Shown here: piece after piece, positions 20,763-31,787 of the stretch
Layout: every line of letters starts with the position of its first letter
Position numbering within the stretch: the stretch's first letter is position 1
Source: Xylella taiwanensis
GTDB lineage: Bacteria; Pseudomonadota; Gammaproteobacteria; Xanthomonadales; Xanthomonadaceae
Reading direction: 5' to 3'
Assembly: GCF_013177435.1 (NCBI RefSeq)
Contig: NZ_CP053627.1
Location: 570,001-602,000, forward strand
Length of the DNA stretch: 32,000 bases
Program-made: the position numbers and the translations under genes
The notes under the pieces: generated by a model
Database searches by the model: none
What the model saw: only the letters and a program-made list of their open reading frames with translations
Told to the model about the DNA's origin: nothing

Positions 20763-21926
20763 CTACATGGTACGCGCATAACGGCCGTGTTCTACCACAA
20801 TCTTTCCTTCCAGCTCCAAGGCTAGAAGCATGGAGGAGAGAGTAGCAGCCGTCAATCCAGTACGGTCAATTAATGAATCCATAGACATTGGGTCATATGC
20901 TAGGGCATCCCACAGTGTGTGATCCTTGGGATCGTTGCTGTTTGGCGTGCTTAAAGAGGGCGTCACAGGCCAGCTGGGGGCATTGAGGCGGTCACGCAAA
21001 GAGTGTGCCAGCGGTGCGGCTAGTGGAGCGACGTCCTCCAATACCTGTTCTACGTCTTGAACCAGGGTCGCGCCTTGACGGATCAGTTGGTGGCAGCCGC
21101 GTGACATAGGGTTGTGTAGGGATCCTGGCACTGCGAACACTGCACGCCCGGCTTCGGCTGCCAATCGAGCTGTGATCAGTGCACCGGAACGTTCTGCGGC
21201 TTCGATCACCAGTGTGCCCAGCGCCAAGCCAGCAATAATCCTGTTGCGTTGTGGAAAGTGGCACGCGCGTGGTTTGGTTCCTGGTGGATATTCGCTGATC
21301 ACCGCGCCGTGTGTGGTGATACGCGTATGCAGTTTTTTGTGTTTTGCTGGGTATGCTACATCCGGGCCAGTGCCAAGGACCGCGATGGTGCGCCCACCCG
21401 TTGTGGCCAATGCGGCTTCGTGTGCAGTAGCGTCGATTCCTTCCGCCATTCCGCTGACCACGCCTAGGCCGCGTGCGGCTAGTGCCTGTGCGAAGCCATA
21501 TGAATGATTAAGGCCGCCGGCACTGGGCTGGCGGCTGCCGACGATGGCGATACTGGCGTGCCATAGCAATATTGGATCCCCTGCGACGAACAATGCCAAT
21601 GGTGGCGAAGGTATATGGCGCAGTAATGGTGGGTAGTCCGGATCATGCCAGCCGAGCAGGTGATGGCTTGGTGTTGCTAACCAGTCTTGTATGCGTGCGA
21701 TTGCCTTGAGGTCGGGAGCGAGTAGGCGTGTACACTGCATTGTGTTACAGCCGCTTGCGCGCCAAGCGCTTGGACCTGCAGCCAGGGCTGTGTCTGGTGT
21801 GCCGTGGTAGTCCAGTAGCCGGCGCCGCGGTGCGCTCCCGCCTCCGGCGAGTAGCAGTCGCAGCAGTGCGTCCTGGGAGTCTGATAGGGGTGAGGATGCC
21901 ATGCGTTTGTAGGATGAGCCAAACAT
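20763..21926 (-). CDS. dprA: DNA-processing protein DprA (Smf)
   Basis: ..IAIVGSRQPS..GLGVVSGMAEGIDATAHEAAL..TIAVLGTGPDVAYP..ERSGALITA.. . 387 aa. An alternative ATG lies at 21902. Confidence 0.85.
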   Translation of the reverse strand: MFGSSYKRMASSPLSDSQDALLRLLLAGGGSAPRRRLLDYHGTPDTALAAGPSAWRASGCNTMQCTRLLAPDLKAIARIQDWLATPSHHLLGWHDPDYPPLLRHIPSPPLALFVAGDPILLWHASIAIVGSRQPSAGGLNHSYGFAQALAARGLGVVSGMAEGIDATAHEAALATTGGRTIAVLGTGPDVAYPAKHKKLHTRITTHGAVISEYPPGTKPRACHFPQRNRIIAGLALGTLVIEAAERSGALITARLAAEAGRAVFAVPGSLHNPMSRGCHQLIRQGATLVQDVEQVLEDVAPLAAPLAHSLRDRLNAPSWPVTPSLSTPNSNDPKDHTLWDALAYDPMSMDSLIDRTGLTAATLSSMLLALELEGKIVVEHGRYARTM

Positions 21927-21996
21927 GGATGGCGGTGTCTTCAGATATCACCGCGTACCATTGTCGGAAACCAGCCTTGCTAAGAGATGCTCTGGC

Positions 21997-23157
21997 CTAT
22001 TGGGCGTCTGGGTGCCTCAGTGTATAGCCCACTTTGACTGGTTTAACGGCGTCCATTACGAGTGCATAGCTGACATTATTAAAGGTACGGAACACCATCG
22101 CGTGCGCAGCGTACTCGTCGGGCTGGAGCACGGTGCCTTGAGCGCCCTTGAAGCTATCGTCAAAACGTGATGTCGCAGCACGATGTCCGATCCGGTCGTT
22201 AATGTAGCGACCCTGGCGCCAGATCGAGAATACGGTGCCATTGTTTATGCCGTTGCGGGTGCCCCCAGAGATAGTGATCACATCGCGCTGACCGCTAGCT
22301 ATGAAGGCATCGGCCACGGCCAGCACACGCAGATCTGCATCTTTCAGCAGGGCGTCGTCCGGTGGGTGGGGGAAAAACTGAAGGTCGTAAGACTGTGCCT
22401 GCACTGGGACCAGGCGATCTCCAGCACGTACCTCACGCCCACCCTTTTGCAGAGATAGAGTAGTTGCCTGGGGGGCATGACCGACTTGAGTGACGGTAGC
22501 AACATTGATTTGGGCCAGTTCGTAGCCTAAAAATTCTCGGTGTTTACTTGGAGCTACGTACTCTTTCCAGAGCAGGCCACTGTTGATGGTGGGTTGGTTG
22601 TCCATCATCAGATCTTCTGTTGGCTTGGGTAGGGAGTAGCTTACAGTTGGGCGCAGCACCGCATAACGTTGACCTGGTTGTGCGTCGATCAAGCCGACAG
22701 CGTAGGCGGCTTGACCATAGGTGCCACGCAGGCGTCCCTCTTCAAGGCCGACCACGTAGGGCAGTTGTTCGAAACTGTCGATGACGTGTAGATCTTTGAG
22801 AAACGGTTCAATCTGTGCCAATGGGATTGCATTGATTGGTGCGTCCTGACGTGGACCCGGCTGTATTGCCTGGCGTAGATCCGCCTGGGCCACACCGTTG
22901 GCTGCGTGATTCATGTACGCCAAGCTGATGATGTCGCCGGGGTAGATCAGGTGCGGGTTACTGATCTGTGGGTTAGCCTGCCAGATTTCAGGCCACAGCC
23001 ACGGCTTCTTGAGAAAACGCTGAGCAAGGCTCCAAAGTGTGTCGCCTTTTTGAACGGTATAGGTATCCGAATGTTTATCACCCGTTTCAAGGGCGACGGC
23101 ATAGGTCGTAACGGTCAGTAGCGCAGCGACAGCTGCTGTACGGAAGAGGTTGAACAT
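21997..23157 (-). CDS. Secreted LysM-domain protein
   Basis: ATG at 23157 is preceded by AGGAAG. Signal peptide [22 protein letters not shown], then the LysM motif [25 protein letters not shown]. The 520-aa version in the ORF track extends over the def promoter and 5' end and is an artefact. Confidence 0.75.
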   Translation of the reverse strand: MFNLFRTAAVAALLTVTTYAVALETGDKHSDTYTVQKGDTLWSLAQRFLKKPWLWPEIWQANPQISNPHLIYPGDIISLAYMNHAANGVAQADLRQAIQPGPRQDAPINAIPLAQIEPFLKDLHVIDSFEQLPYVVGLEEGRLRGTYGQAAYAVGLIDAQPGQRYAVLRPTVSYSLPKPTEDLMMDNQPTINSGLLWKEYVAPSKHREFLGYELAQINVATVTQVGHAPQATTLSLQKGGREVRAGDRLVPVQAQSYDLQFFPHPPDDALLKDADLRVLAVADAFIASGQRDVITISGGTRNGINNGTVFSIWRQGRYINDRIGHRAATSRFDDSFKGAQGTVLQPDEYAAHAMVFRTFNNVSYALVMDAVKPVKVGYTLRHPDAQ

Positions 23158-23295
23158 GGCGATATCTTCCTGATTCCCCAAAACAGGTGGGCGCACTATA
23201 GTGCAGATTCTCATGAGCTGCGCAAGTATTACGCTAGAATTGCCAAGAGTTTTCCGGATATTCTGGCCTCTACGGAGAGTAATCGAGATACCGCT

Positions 23296-23808
23296 ATGGC
23301 CTTTTTGCCGATTCTTGAATTCCCTGATCCTCGCTTGCGGACTAAGGCAGTGCGTGTGAGCGCTGCCGAGGTGGTTTCGCTGCCGTTCCAGAGCCTGCTT
23401 GATGACATGTTCGAGACCATGTATGCCGCACCCGGTATTGGCTTGGCGGCGACCCAAGTGGATGTGCATAAACGCTTCATGGTCATTGATGTCGGCGAGG
23501 AAAAAAAGGTGCCGATGGTCTTTATCAATCCAGAAATTGTCACCAAGGAGGGCGAGCAAGTTTTTCAGGAGGGCTGTTTATCGGTGCCTGGAGTCCGTGT
23601 CGACGTGACCCGTGCTCTTACCATTGCGGTGCGCTTTCTCGACCGCCACGGTGACGAACAAGAGCTCACCGCTGACGGGCTGTTGGCGGTCTGCATCCAG
23701 CATGAGATGGACCATTTGGATGGCAAGCTGTTCATTGATTATCTCTCACCTCTCAAGCGTGAAATGGTGCGCAGAAAGCTTGAGAAGCAACGTCGGCGTA
23801 TTTCCTGA
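23296..23808 (+). CDS. def: Peptide deformylase
   Basis: Motifs [16 protein letters not shown] and QHEMDHL. 170 aa. Confidence 0.95.
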   Translation: MAFLPILEFPDPRLRTKAVRVSAAEVVSLPFQSLLDDMFETMYAAPGIGLAATQVDVHKRFMVIDVGEEKKVPMVFINPEIVTKEGEQVFQEGCLSVPGVRVDVTRALTIAVRFLDRHGDEQELTADGLLAVCIQHEMDHLDGKLFIDYLSPLKREMVRRKLEKQRRRIS

Positions 23809-23913
23809 CGCCCAGGGTCGGATGGATTCTGTATTGGAGCACTGTGCCGGTCACGCTTTAGGTTCCGTCTAATCCAGAGGCCCTAATATTCCTCATCAGG
23901 ATCCCTGTCATTT

Positions 23914-24837
23914 ATGAGAATTGTTTTCGCCGGCACCCCGGATTTTGCGGTGCCATCACTGCGTTTGGTGGCCCAGCGTGCCGATGTCGTTGCTGTCTAC
24001 ACGCAACCAGATCGCCCGGCTGGTCGTGGTCGTGAACTGACTCCTTCGCCAGTCAAGGTGGAGGCGGTCATGCGTGGTCTGCCGGTGTACCAACCCCAGG
24101 CCTTGCGTTCGCCTGAGGTCCTGGAGCAGCTACGTACACTGCGGCCAGACCTGATCGTTGTGGTTGCCTACGGGGTGATCCTCCCCAAGGTGGTGTTAGC
24201 GATTCCGGGCTACGGTTGCTGGAACGTACATGCCTCGCTGCTGCCGCGCTGGCGTGGCGCTGCACCAATTCAGCGCGCGATTGAGGCTGGCGATACCGAG
24301 ACCGGCGTTTGTCTGATGCAGATGGAAGCTGGTCTTGACACCGGGCCTGTGTTGATGTCGCTGAAGACCTCGATTGTCGCGCATGAGACCAGTGGGCAGT
24401 TACACGACCGCCTCGCTGAGATGGGCGCACAGATACTCTCTGATGGCTTGGGCTTGTTGCGCGCCGGGATACGCCCTGTGCCACAACCGCAGTTAGCCGC
24501 TGGCGTGACGTATGCGCACAAACTTGACAAGGCTGAAGCACGGCTTGATTGGGAGCAACCAGCCGAATTACTCGCGTGTCGTGTACGGGCGTTTTTGCCA
24601 TGGCCGGTGGCCGAGGCAGTGTTGATTGATGAGCGGGTGCGCATCCATGATGCGTTGGCCCTGAATCTGGATCACAGGCAGCCGCCGGGCACAGTGCTGG
24701 CCGCGAGTAAAGAAGGGATTGATGTCGCCTGTGCGCAGGGCGCGCTGCGTCTGTGCACCTTACAGAGGGAAGGTGGGAAGATGATCTCTGCGGCTGATTA
24801 CCTCAATGCCCGCCGAGATTTGCAGGTCCGTGCGTGA
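23914..24837 (+). CDS. fmt: Methionyl-tRNA formyltransferase
   Basis: [16 protein letters not shown].., ..[20 protein letters not shown].. . The position follows the def-fmt synteny. Confidence 0.95.
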   Translation: MRIVFAGTPDFAVPSLRLVAQRADVVAVYTQPDRPAGRGRELTPSPVKVEAVMRGLPVYQPQALRSPEVLEQLRTLRPDLIVVVAYGVILPKVVLAIPGYGCWNVHASLLPRWRGAAPIQRAIEAGDTETGVCLMQMEAGLDTGPVLMSLKTSIVAHETSGQLHDRLAEMGAQILSDGLGLLRAGIRPVPQPQLAAGVTYAHKLDKAEARLDWEQPAELLACRVRAFLPWPVAEAVLIDERVRIHDALALNLDHRQPPGTVLAASKEGIDVACAQGALRLCTLQREGGKMISAADYLNARRDLQVRA

Positions 24838-26123
24838 GCAACGGTGTTGCACCGCGCGTGGTTGCGGCGCGGGTGCTGGCTCTTGTGCTGGATCAGGGGC
24901 GTTCCCTCAAGGCTGAGCTGACCGCAGCGTTACCAATGTTGGAGGACCTGCGCGACCGTGCCCTGGTCGAGGCAATGTGTTTTGCAGTGTTGCGACGGCG
25001 GCCGGCTTACGAAGCGGCGCTCACGCAGTGGTTGGCGCGTCCCTTGGGGCGTGGTGATGCGGAGTTGCGCGGCTTGCTCATGGCTGGTTTTGCGCAACTC
25101 GATGTCTTAAAGATGCCGCCGTATGCTGCCTTGTCAGCGACGGTTGATGCCTGTCGCGCGCTGGGTTGGCCCCACCGGGCCGGTTTAGTCAATGCGGTGT
25201 TGCGCCGTGCTCAGCGTGAACACTTGCCGGTCGTGTTGGCTGAGACTGCTTGGCCGTGTTGGTTAGCAGAGCGCATCCGTGTTGATTGGGGTGCGCAGGC
25301 AGAAGCCATTTTTGATGCCAGTCTGATGCCGGCTCCGATGTGGTTGCGGGTTAACCCGCACTACGGTGACCGTCAAACTTATCTGCAGCGCTTGCATGCA
25401 GTGGGCTTGGAGGCTGTGCCCAGTATGTTGGCACCCGAAGCGCTGGCTTTGGACTGTTCTGTGCCGGTGGCGCGGTTGCCCGGGTTCGAGGCCGGTGAAG
25501 TTTCGGTTCAAGACCTGTCGGCGCAACAAGTTGCGGCGCTGTTGTCACCAGCGCCGCAAGCGCGTGTCCTTGACGCTTGCGCTGCGCCGGGTGGCAAAAC
25601 CGTGCATCTCTTAGAGCGTATGCCCACACTGCGCTTGACTGCGTTGGATGTAGATATGCACCGGTTGCACCGGGTTGCCGACACGTGTGACCGCATCAAT
25701 GTGAAGGCAACGCTGTGCGTGGCTGATGCCACTGATCTTGCAGCGTGGTGGGATGGAGAATCGTTTGATGCAGTGCTGCTGGATGCGCCATGCTCAGCGA
25801 CCGGGGTGGTACGCCGCCAACCGGATGTGCTGCTCCATCGGCGTGCCGACGATCTGCCGCCTTTATTGAAAATTCAGGCCCGACTGCTAGATGCTTGCTG
25901 GCGTACCTTGCGCCCCGGAGGGGTACTCGTGTACGTGACCTGTTCGGTGCTGCGCGCCGAGAACCAAACACAGTTGGAAACGTTTCTGGCCAGGACGGCC
26001 GATGCGTGCGCCGAGGACCCTGGGGATGCCTACGGCCAGCCCGCCGGCCCGGGGCGGCAGCGCCTGCCAGGCGAGCAAGGCGGTGATGGTTTCTTTTATG
26101 GCAAGTTGATCAAGTGCACATGA
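24834..26123 (+). CDS. rsmB: 16S rRNA (cytosine967-C5)-methyltransferase RsmB/Sun
   Basis: The GTG start overlaps the fmt stop (GTGA). SAM-binding motif [10 protein letters not shown] and catalytic motif [15 protein letters not shown] are present. Confidence 0.9.
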   Translation: MSNGVAPRVVAARVLALVLDQGRSLKAELTAALPMLEDLRDRALVEAMCFAVLRRRPAYEAALTQWLARPLGRGDAELRGLLMAGFAQLDVLKMPPYAALSATVDACRALGWPHRAGLVNAVLRRAQREHLPVVLAETAWPCWLAERIRVDWGAQAEAIFDASLMPAPMWLRVNPHYGDRQTYLQRLHAVGLEAVPSMLAPEALALDCSVPVARLPGFEAGEVSVQDLSAQQVAALLSPAPQARVLDACAAPGGKTVHLLERMPTLRLTALDVDMHRLHRVADTCDRINVKATLCVADATDLAAWWDGESFDAVLLDAPCSATGVVRRQPDVLLHRRADDLPPLLKIQARLLDACWRTLRPGGVLVYVTCSVLRAENQTQLETFLARTADACAEDPGDAYGQPAGPGRQRLPGEQGGDGFFYGKLIKCT

Positions 26124-27871
26124 GCGTGAAATACCCCGGTGACCATTGCAGGTTCATGACGACCCAGCGTACTTCACATGACTGTTGGCTGCTGCTTCTA
26201 GTAGCGTTGCTGGTGTTAGGTACTGGTCTGGGCTTGCGTGATCCGCACCCGGCCGATGAGCCGCGTTTCGCCCTGGTGGCTAAGCAAATGGTCGACAGTG
26301 GGGAGTGGTTGTTCCCCCATCGTGGCAATGAGTTGTATTCAGATAAGCCGCCAATGCTGATGTGGTTGCAGGCTGCTTTCTATACTGTGTTCGGCAACTT
26401 GAAAGTGGCCTTTCTGCTGCCTTCGTTGTTAGCGGCGCTGGGTACGCTGGCGTGTGTCTATGATCTTGGACGCAGATTGTGGACGCATCGTATCGGATTG
26501 TATGCGGCGTATGTATTGCTTTTTACGTTTCATTTCACCTATCAAGCCAAGCGCGCCCAGATCGATGCGTTAGTGATGTTTTTCATCACCTTTGCCAACT
26601 ACGGTCTGTTACGTCATCTGTTGTTTGGTGGTCACTGGCGTTGGTGGACGCTGGGTTGGTTTGCGGCTGGTCTGGGTACGATCACCAAGGGTGTGGGTGC
26701 ACTTGCGCTGTTGATCGTGTTGCCGGCGGCGGTGGCTTCATTAGCAAGATGGCCTCGTGTCAAGGTGCATGCGCGTGATGTGCGCTTTTGGTTAGGACCG
26801 CTGGGTTTCTTGGTTGCAGTCTCTCTATGGTTGGGGCCGATGGTAATCGTGGCGTTGTCCGCTCAGCAGCCTGAATACCGTGCTTATCTGAACGATATTC
26901 TCTTACGGCAGACGGTCGGACGCTATACAAAGTCCTGGGACCACCCACAGCCTCCGTGGTACTTCCTTCAAGTGATGCCCACGATGTGGATTCCGACGCT
27001 TTTGGCGTTGCCGTGGGCGTTGCCGGCCTGGTGGCGTAGATTACGCCGACGTGATCCCCGTTACCTGTTACCTCTGGTCTGGTGGCTGTTGCTACTGGTG
27101 TTCTTTTCGATTTCCAGCGGCAAGCGGGATGTCTATATCCTGCCTGCGTTGCCAATGTTGTGTTTGGCGCTGGCCCCGTTGCTGCCCGGGTTGCTGCGTA
27201 AGCGTGCGTGTCGTCGGCTGCTGCTGGCGTTTGGCGTGGTACTGGTATTGGTACTGGCAGTGCTGGGGACGGGAGTACTGATGCGGCCGGATTGGCAGGC
27301 CCGGGTGATGAGTGGGACCACGTTGACCTTGGACGATGTGCGAGTAAGCGCGTGGGCGATTTTAGCGGTCGCGTCATGGGGAGTGTTTAGCTTATTTGCG
27401 TTCGGCCGACGCCATCCGTCTGTTGCAGTGTCTTCAGTGCTCACGGTCATGTGGCTGGTCTTCGGACTGGTGCTGATGCCGGTCGTAAATAATTCCAGTT
27501 CCGCGCGTGGAGTGATGATGGCTGCGGGCAAGCGCATCGGTCCGGAGGCCGAACTTGGTTTGGTGGCTTGGAAGGAGCAGCACCTGTTGATGGCTGACCG
27601 TCCAGTGGCGACCTTTGGTTTTGTAGTGCCTTGTGACCAGCAATTGGACCGTGGTATTGCTTGGCAGGCGCAGTGGCCGAAGAAGCGCTGGTTGCTTGTG
27701 GAGGAGGCTGCCATGTTCAGTTGTATCGACCGTAGCATCAGTGTGTTTGTCGGTTCATCAAACCGCCGTGCTTGGTGGTTAGTGCCAGCTTCGGCGGTAC
27801 ATGGGGCTTGCACGATGACCCGGGCCGAGCGCGACCGTTTGAACAAGCAGGAGGAAGGACGTTTTGAGTGA
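26120..27871 (+). CDS. ArnT/PMT-like (GT39-type) polytopic glycosyltransferase
   Basis: N-terminal loop ..[29 protein letters not shown].., then more than 10 hydrophobic segments. ATG 26120 overlaps the rsmB stop (ATGA). ATG 26156 (MTTQRTSH..) is an equally plausible start. Confidence 0.75.
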   Translation: MSVKYPGDHCRFMTTQRTSHDCWLLLLVALLVLGTGLGLRDPHPADEPRFALVAKQMVDSGEWLFPHRGNELYSDKPPMLMWLQAAFYTVFGNLKVAFLLPSLLAALGTLACVYDLGRRLWTHRIGLYAAYVLLFTFHFTYQAKRAQIDALVMFFITFANYGLLRHLLFGGHWRWWTLGWFAAGLGTITKGVGALALLIVLPAAVASLARWPRVKVHARDVRFWLGPLGFLVAVSLWLGPMVIVALSAQQPEYRAYLNDILLRQTVGRYTKSWDHPQPPWYFLQVMPTMWIPTLLALPWALPAWWRRLRRRDPRYLLPLVWWLLLLVFFSISSGKRDVYILPALPMLCLALAPLLPGLLRKRACRRLLLAFGVVLVLVLAVLGTGVLMRPDWQARVMSGTTLTLDDVRVSAWAILAVASWGVFSLFAFGRRHPSVAVSSVLTVMWLVFGLVLMPVVNNSSSARGVMMAAGKRIGPEAELGLVAWKEQHLLMADRPVATFGFVVPCDQQLDRGIAWQAQWPKKRWLLVEEAAMFSCIDRSISVFVGSSNRRAWWLVPASAVHGACTMTRAERDRLNKQEEGRFE

Positions 27872-28369
27872 TGGGCAGGCGGCGACTGGTATTTGTGTTG
27901 TTGCAAATCCTGTGATGAGTACCGTGGTCTATGCGCGTGCGTTCGGGATGAAATGCGGGGTTGATCTGTCTGATCTATTGTGTATGACTCGCATTCGATC
28001 ACGGGTAGACGATATGGGCTTGTTTTTCGGTGTATTCATGACTGAGCAAGAGAGTGAGTGTGGGTGGGCTGCTGCTGGCCATTGGTGGATGCAGGGTGTT
28101 TGTCTCAGTTGCAGGAAGTCTTTAGCAGGTTGTGGGATGGCACTGCTGAATCGAGACCACTAAGAGCGAGAAACAGGGAAACGCTGAATCCTTGCCACGC
28201 ATGTATTGAGTGCAGCGGCGCTCCATCGAGTGCCATCTTCCGGTGATAAATAAGCTCATCTTTGTGTTGCATCCCAGGCAAGGGAATGTCGAGTTTAAAA
28301 ATGGCGACTGTTTAGTAGACAACTTCATAAATTAACTACCCATTGATTTATAAAGACTTTTCAATCGTC

Positions 28370-28406
28370 ATTTCCGCAACTGACCTCTAGATTTCCGCAA
28401 CTGACC
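28370..28406. repeat. Two perfect 16-nt direct repeats (atttccgcaactgacc) spaced 21 bp start to start, just downstream of int
   Basis: The copies are at 28370-28385 and 28391-28406, 27 nt from the int stop codon. An AT-rich stretch flanks them at 28321-28365. The pattern fits arm-type recombinase or RDF binding sites. Confidence 0.8.
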
Positions 28407-28432
28407 AAGCCCGTTCCTGTTTGCGTTAATGC

Positions 28433-29494
28433 TCATTTAGTGGGCTTCACCACTTCACCTACGCGCCGGTAGACCCTCTCGGTGATGTCCTGCTCGGTGT
28501 GACCTAACAGTTTGCTGGCATGCTCCAGCGGTAGTTCGCTGGCGGCCTTGGGGCGGATGTCGCGGAACTGGAAGGTGCGAATTCTTTTTGCCAAGGCGAT
28601 ATCACCCGCTTGTCCGGCGGCTTGAGCCGCAGCGCTCCTGGCCCGATCGAATCGGGAACGTAGCATGTGCTCGTTCAATTCATTCCCAGTTGGCGTAGCG
28701 ACGAGGAATAGGTTAACCACCTTGCGTTTGCGTGCCTTGATACGGTCGATCACCTCACCAAGTCCTGTCCGCACGCCGTCACTCTCCAGCAGGATGCGCA
28801 GTTTCTTCCTGGTTTTGTTCTGTTGCACCTCAAGGGCGGCGTCTTTGATGTCAGAAAAGCGCATCTTGAGTACGTCAGCAGGCCGCTGCCCGGTCAGGTA
28901 GCTTAGATCCATCGCATCCTTGATTTCATGACTTGCCTTGGCATACACCGCCGCCCACACCGCATCGTCGGCGTAAAACTCGCGGGGCTTTTCTCTGTTT
29001 TTACGCACGCCGCGTACCGGGTTTTCTTTGGCCGTATACCCCCATTCGCGCGCCATATTCCATATATGGGATAACAGCGCGATTTCCCGATTAGCGCTGA
29101 CCGGCGTTTTAAGGCCCCGTTTATCACGGTACTGCGCAATGTGCTGTGGGGTCACCGTATCGATATTCACCGCATCAAAGACCTTACGCAACGTGATCAG
29201 GCCGTTTTTATTTAATTTCTGCGTTTTGGGGGCTTTGGCCGGGATCACTTCACGCGCGTATCGATCAAATATGAAGCGCAGCAAGCTAGTGTCTGCCGGC
29301 GCTTGACAACATTCCAACGTGGCCCACTTGCGTTTTGCTTCGTTTAAATCCCGTCCCAGCGGGATTTCAATGCGGCGTCCTTGCGCCGTGCGTCCGTTGT
29401 AGTAAAACGATTCCCACACCTTGCCGCTGTTTAACACGCGCACACGGCGTAGCATTCGGGGCGGCAAATCGCGATGGCTTGATTTGGGACGCAT
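28433..29494 (-). CDS. int: Phage-type tyrosine recombinase (integrase)
   Basis: ..LTGQRPADVLKMRFSDI.. (Arg box), ..HMLRSRF.., ..LLGHTEQDITERVYRR (HxxR...Y catalytic tail). 353 aa. Confidence 0.9.
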   Translation of the reverse strand: MRPKSSHRDLPPRMLRRVRVLNSGKVWESFYYNGRTAQGRRIEIPLGRDLNEAKRKWATLECCQAPADTSLLRFIFDRYAREVIPAKAPKTQKLNKNGLITLRKVFDAVNIDTVTPQHIAQYRDKRGLKTPVSANREIALLSHIWNMAREWGYTAKENPVRGVRKNREKPREFYADDAVWAAVYAKASHEIKDAMDLSYLTGQRPADVLKMRFSDIKDAALEVQQNKTRKKLRILLESDGVRTGLGEVIDRIKARKRKVVNLFLVATPTGNELNEHMLRSRFDRARSAAAQAAGQAGDIALAKRIRTFQFRDIRPKAASELPLEHASKLLGHTEQDITERVYRRVGEVVKPTK

Positions 29495-29506
29495 CGTAAC
29501 AACACC

Positions 29507-29743
29507 TTAGTCCAAGGCCGCAAAATTAGGGCGGCCCGCTGGGGACATACCGCCCCCGTCCATGTGTGGGTGTACCCCTGCCAAGCGCAAGCGTGCAAAC
29601 CAGCGGCCTACAATCGGGCGGCCCGCCGCATTGACCACATAGGCCCACCCGTTTTTGTCGAGCCACTCACGTTGGCTGGCGATGTGCTTATAGCCTGTCA
29701 CCTCAATCAGTTCTGCGGCGGTTAGAAATTCTGTTGCGCTCAT
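29507..29743 (-). CDS. DUF4224-type small protein (excisionase-like, int-associated)
   Basis: LTAAELIEVTGYKHIASQREWLDKNGWAYVVNAAGRPIV matches the DUF4224 pattern (L..EL.ELTGYKR...Q..WL..NG......GRP.V). It ends 12 nt upstream of the int start. Confidence 0.65.
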   Translation of the reverse strand: MSATEFLTAAELIEVTGYKHIASQREWLDKNGWAYVVNAAGRPIVGRWFARLRLAGVHPHMDGGGMSPAGRPNFAALD

Positions 29744-29793
29744 GGCCGTCTCAACGTGCTATGTGTTCGGTGTTGCAAAGGCCCTGATAGGGA

Positions 29794-30330
29794 TTACGCC
29801 CAGCTATTCATTGCAGGCAGAGAGGCTTTGCAGCGTATTGGCCTGAACGCTTCATCCACGTTGGTGACACAGAACCATTGGCCGTCAAAACCATTACCCG
29901 CATCATCAAACTTGGCGTTATGCGCATCGCTGATACGAATCCACTGGATGATTTTATTGTTGACCTGCGCATTGCCATGAATCGTGCAGGTGATGCTTGA
30001 ATCAGGAGCGCTCACACTCCCTACTCTGGGATGGCCGTCTGGGTCGGTATAGGACTGCGTGATGGCAACCTCGACAATGACATCAATGCGGTGGCAATGC
30101 GTCGTGACGGCACGCAGGTCAATATCATTGGCAAGCCTGGTGCGCGGCATTCCATGTGCCATACGTATCTCGGTGTTTATCTTCCCAGGCGTAATGTCAG
30201 CCAGGGCCGCCGTGACTTGAGATTTAGCGACGTAATGCTGATACATCGGCACAGAGGTACCTGCGAGAATGGAAATAATCGCAAGCACCATCATGAGTTC
30301 GATTAAATGAAACCCTTGCTGCTTTTTCAT
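29794..30330 (-). CDS. Type IVa pilin (prepilin with class III signal peptide)
   Basis: MKKQQG|FHLIELMMVLAIISILAGTSVPMYQHYVAKSQV has Gly-1, Phe+1 and Glu+5. A C-terminal Cys pair sits in WFCVTNVDEAFRPIRC. The ATG at 30330-30328 overlaps the helicase TGA at 30329-30327. Confidence 0.8.
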   Translation of the reverse strand: MKKQQGFHLIELMMVLAIISILAGTSVPMYQHYVAKSQVTAALADITPGKINTEIRMAHGMPRTRLANDIDLRAVTTHCHRIDVIVEVAITQSYTDPDGHPRVGSVSAPDSSITCTIHGNAQVNNKIIQWIRISDAHNAKFDDAGNGFDGQWFCVTNVDEAFRPIRCKASLPAMNSWA

Positions 30331-31712
30331 AGCGAATCCCTCCTTTTCACGGCATCAAGTAATAGGTCTTGGACTTCGCGTTTGGATTCGCGGCGCGCCA
30401 TGACGAGCTCATCCACCGTGCCGGCGGCGATGATGTGGTGAATGAACACCGGGCGGTTGTGTCCGGCTTGGGCCTGCCGTGTGGGGCCGATGCGCTCGAT
30501 GATCTGCTGGTACTGCTCCAGGTCCCACCAGTGACCGAAGAAGGCCAGAATGTTGCCGCCGTCCTGAAGGTTTAGTCCGTGACCGGCGCTGGCCGGGTGG
30601 GTGAACAACACGGGGATATGTCCGGCGTTCCAGTCCCTGATCGTGTCGGGGTGTTTGTCCAGGACACGGCCTTGAGGGAAGGCGCGCTGTAAACGGGCTA
30701 GATCGCTTTTGAAGTGATACGCCACCAGCACGGGCATACCGGCGGCCTCTTCGATAATGGCGTCCAGGGCATGCAGTTTGGCGTCGTGGACATCGGCCCA
30801 GGCGCGGCGTGTGGCGTCGGTGTACACCGCGCCATTGGCCAGTTGCAAGCACTTGATCGTTTTGCTGGCCGCGTTAAAGGCTTCAACTTCAGCGCCACAT
30901 TCCAGCGCCAGCCACATTTCTTGCTCCATCGCTTTGTACATGCGCTTGGCATGCTCCGGCAGCGTGACGCGGATGGTATTCACGATTGGCTGGCGCAGGT
31001 CGAAATAGTCGCCGGGCTCCAGCGACAGACACACATCACGCACCTTGTCTTGAATCTCTTTAAAGGCGTTGGGTGTGGGCACCACGCGCACGGCGTGGGG
31101 ATCGCTGCCGATGCGGATCGGGCGGAACCATCTATCCGTGAACTTGCTAAAACTACTCTCCAGGCGTGCGCCCCGATCCACCATCCACAGTAGCGCCCAC
31201 AGATCCTGTAACCCGTTAGGCGCAGGGGTGCCGGTCAAGCCGATGTAGCGTTCAACTTTGGTATGTACATGCTTGGCCAGGGCGCGGGCGCGCTGGGTCC
31301 CGCGCCCCAGTCTGAAACCTTTCAGCTTGGAGCATTCGTCGGCAACCACGGTGCGAAACGGCCAGCGCTCCCCGAAAAACTCCACCATCCACTTCAGATT
31401 GTCGTAATTAATGCAGTAGATATCGGCCTGCTGCTGCAAGGCACGGCGGCGTACCGCGGCGCTGCCCACGGCCACGGCCACGCGCAGGTGGCGCAGGTGC
31501 GGGAACTTGGCCACTTCATCCGGCCAGGTGCTCGCGGCCACGCGCAGCGGGGCCACAACTAAGATGGGGGTCACCGCTTCGGCCAGGATGAGCACATCTA
31601 GGGCGGTGAGCGTCGACACCGTCTTGCCCAGGCCCATCGGCACAAACAGATTGCAGCGCGGATGGGTCAGAATGAAATCAACGATCCTGTGTTGGTAGGG
31701 GCGTAGTGTCAT
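30327..31712 (-). CDS. Phage-associated SNF2/DEAD-like helicase
   Basis: MTLRPYQHRIVDFIL..FVPMGLGKT (motif I), VVADECSKLK (DExx box), LTGTPAPNGLQDLW (motif III), ..PASAGHGLNLQ.. (motif V/VI region). 461 aa. Confidence 0.85.
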   Translation of the reverse strand: MTLRPYQHRIVDFILTHPRCNLFVPMGLGKTVSTLTALDVLILAEAVTPILVVAPLRVAASTWPDEVAKFPHLRHLRVAVAVGSAAVRRRALQQQADIYCINYDNLKWMVEFFGERWPFRTVVADECSKLKGFRLGRGTQRARALAKHVHTKVERYIGLTGTPAPNGLQDLWALLWMVDRGARLESSFSKFTDRWFRPIRIGSDPHAVRVVPTPNAFKEIQDKVRDVCLSLEPGDYFDLRQPIVNTIRVTLPEHAKRMYKAMEQEMWLALECGAEVEAFNAASKTIKCLQLANGAVYTDATRRAWADVHDAKLHALDAIIEEAAGMPVLVAYHFKSDLARLQRAFPQGRVLDKHPDTIRDWNAGHIPVLFTHPASAGHGLNLQDGGNILAFFGHWWDLEQYQQIIERIGPTRQAQAGHNRPVFIHHIIAAGTVDELVMARRESKREVQDLLLDAVKRRDSL

Positions 31713-31787
31713 GTGATACCTCGTCCATGCCGCCGCAGATGAGCGCTGCTATACTCGCCATCACATGCGGGTAAGGTAGGGTTATTC

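Noticed and set aside
21997-23559. A 520-aa minus-strand ORF spanning the LysM gene and extending over the def promoter and 5' end
   Set aside because: The first 134 residues are non-protein-like and overlap def. A signal peptide with a good SD starts at ATG 23157, so the real CDS is 21997-23157.
27133-28002. A 289-aa minus-strand ORF (and 26760-27377) antisense to the ArnT-like gene
   Set aside because: These are antisense shadow ORFs inside a well-supported membrane-protein CDS, with Arg/Ser/Pro/Thr-rich compositions.
27864-28328. ORFs 27864-28163 (+) and 28122-28328 (-) in the spacer between the ArnT-like gene and int
   Set aside because: They have Cys/Trp-rich or otherwise implausible compositions, no SD, and no recognisable motif. 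I treat the interval as non-coding att-flanking DNA.
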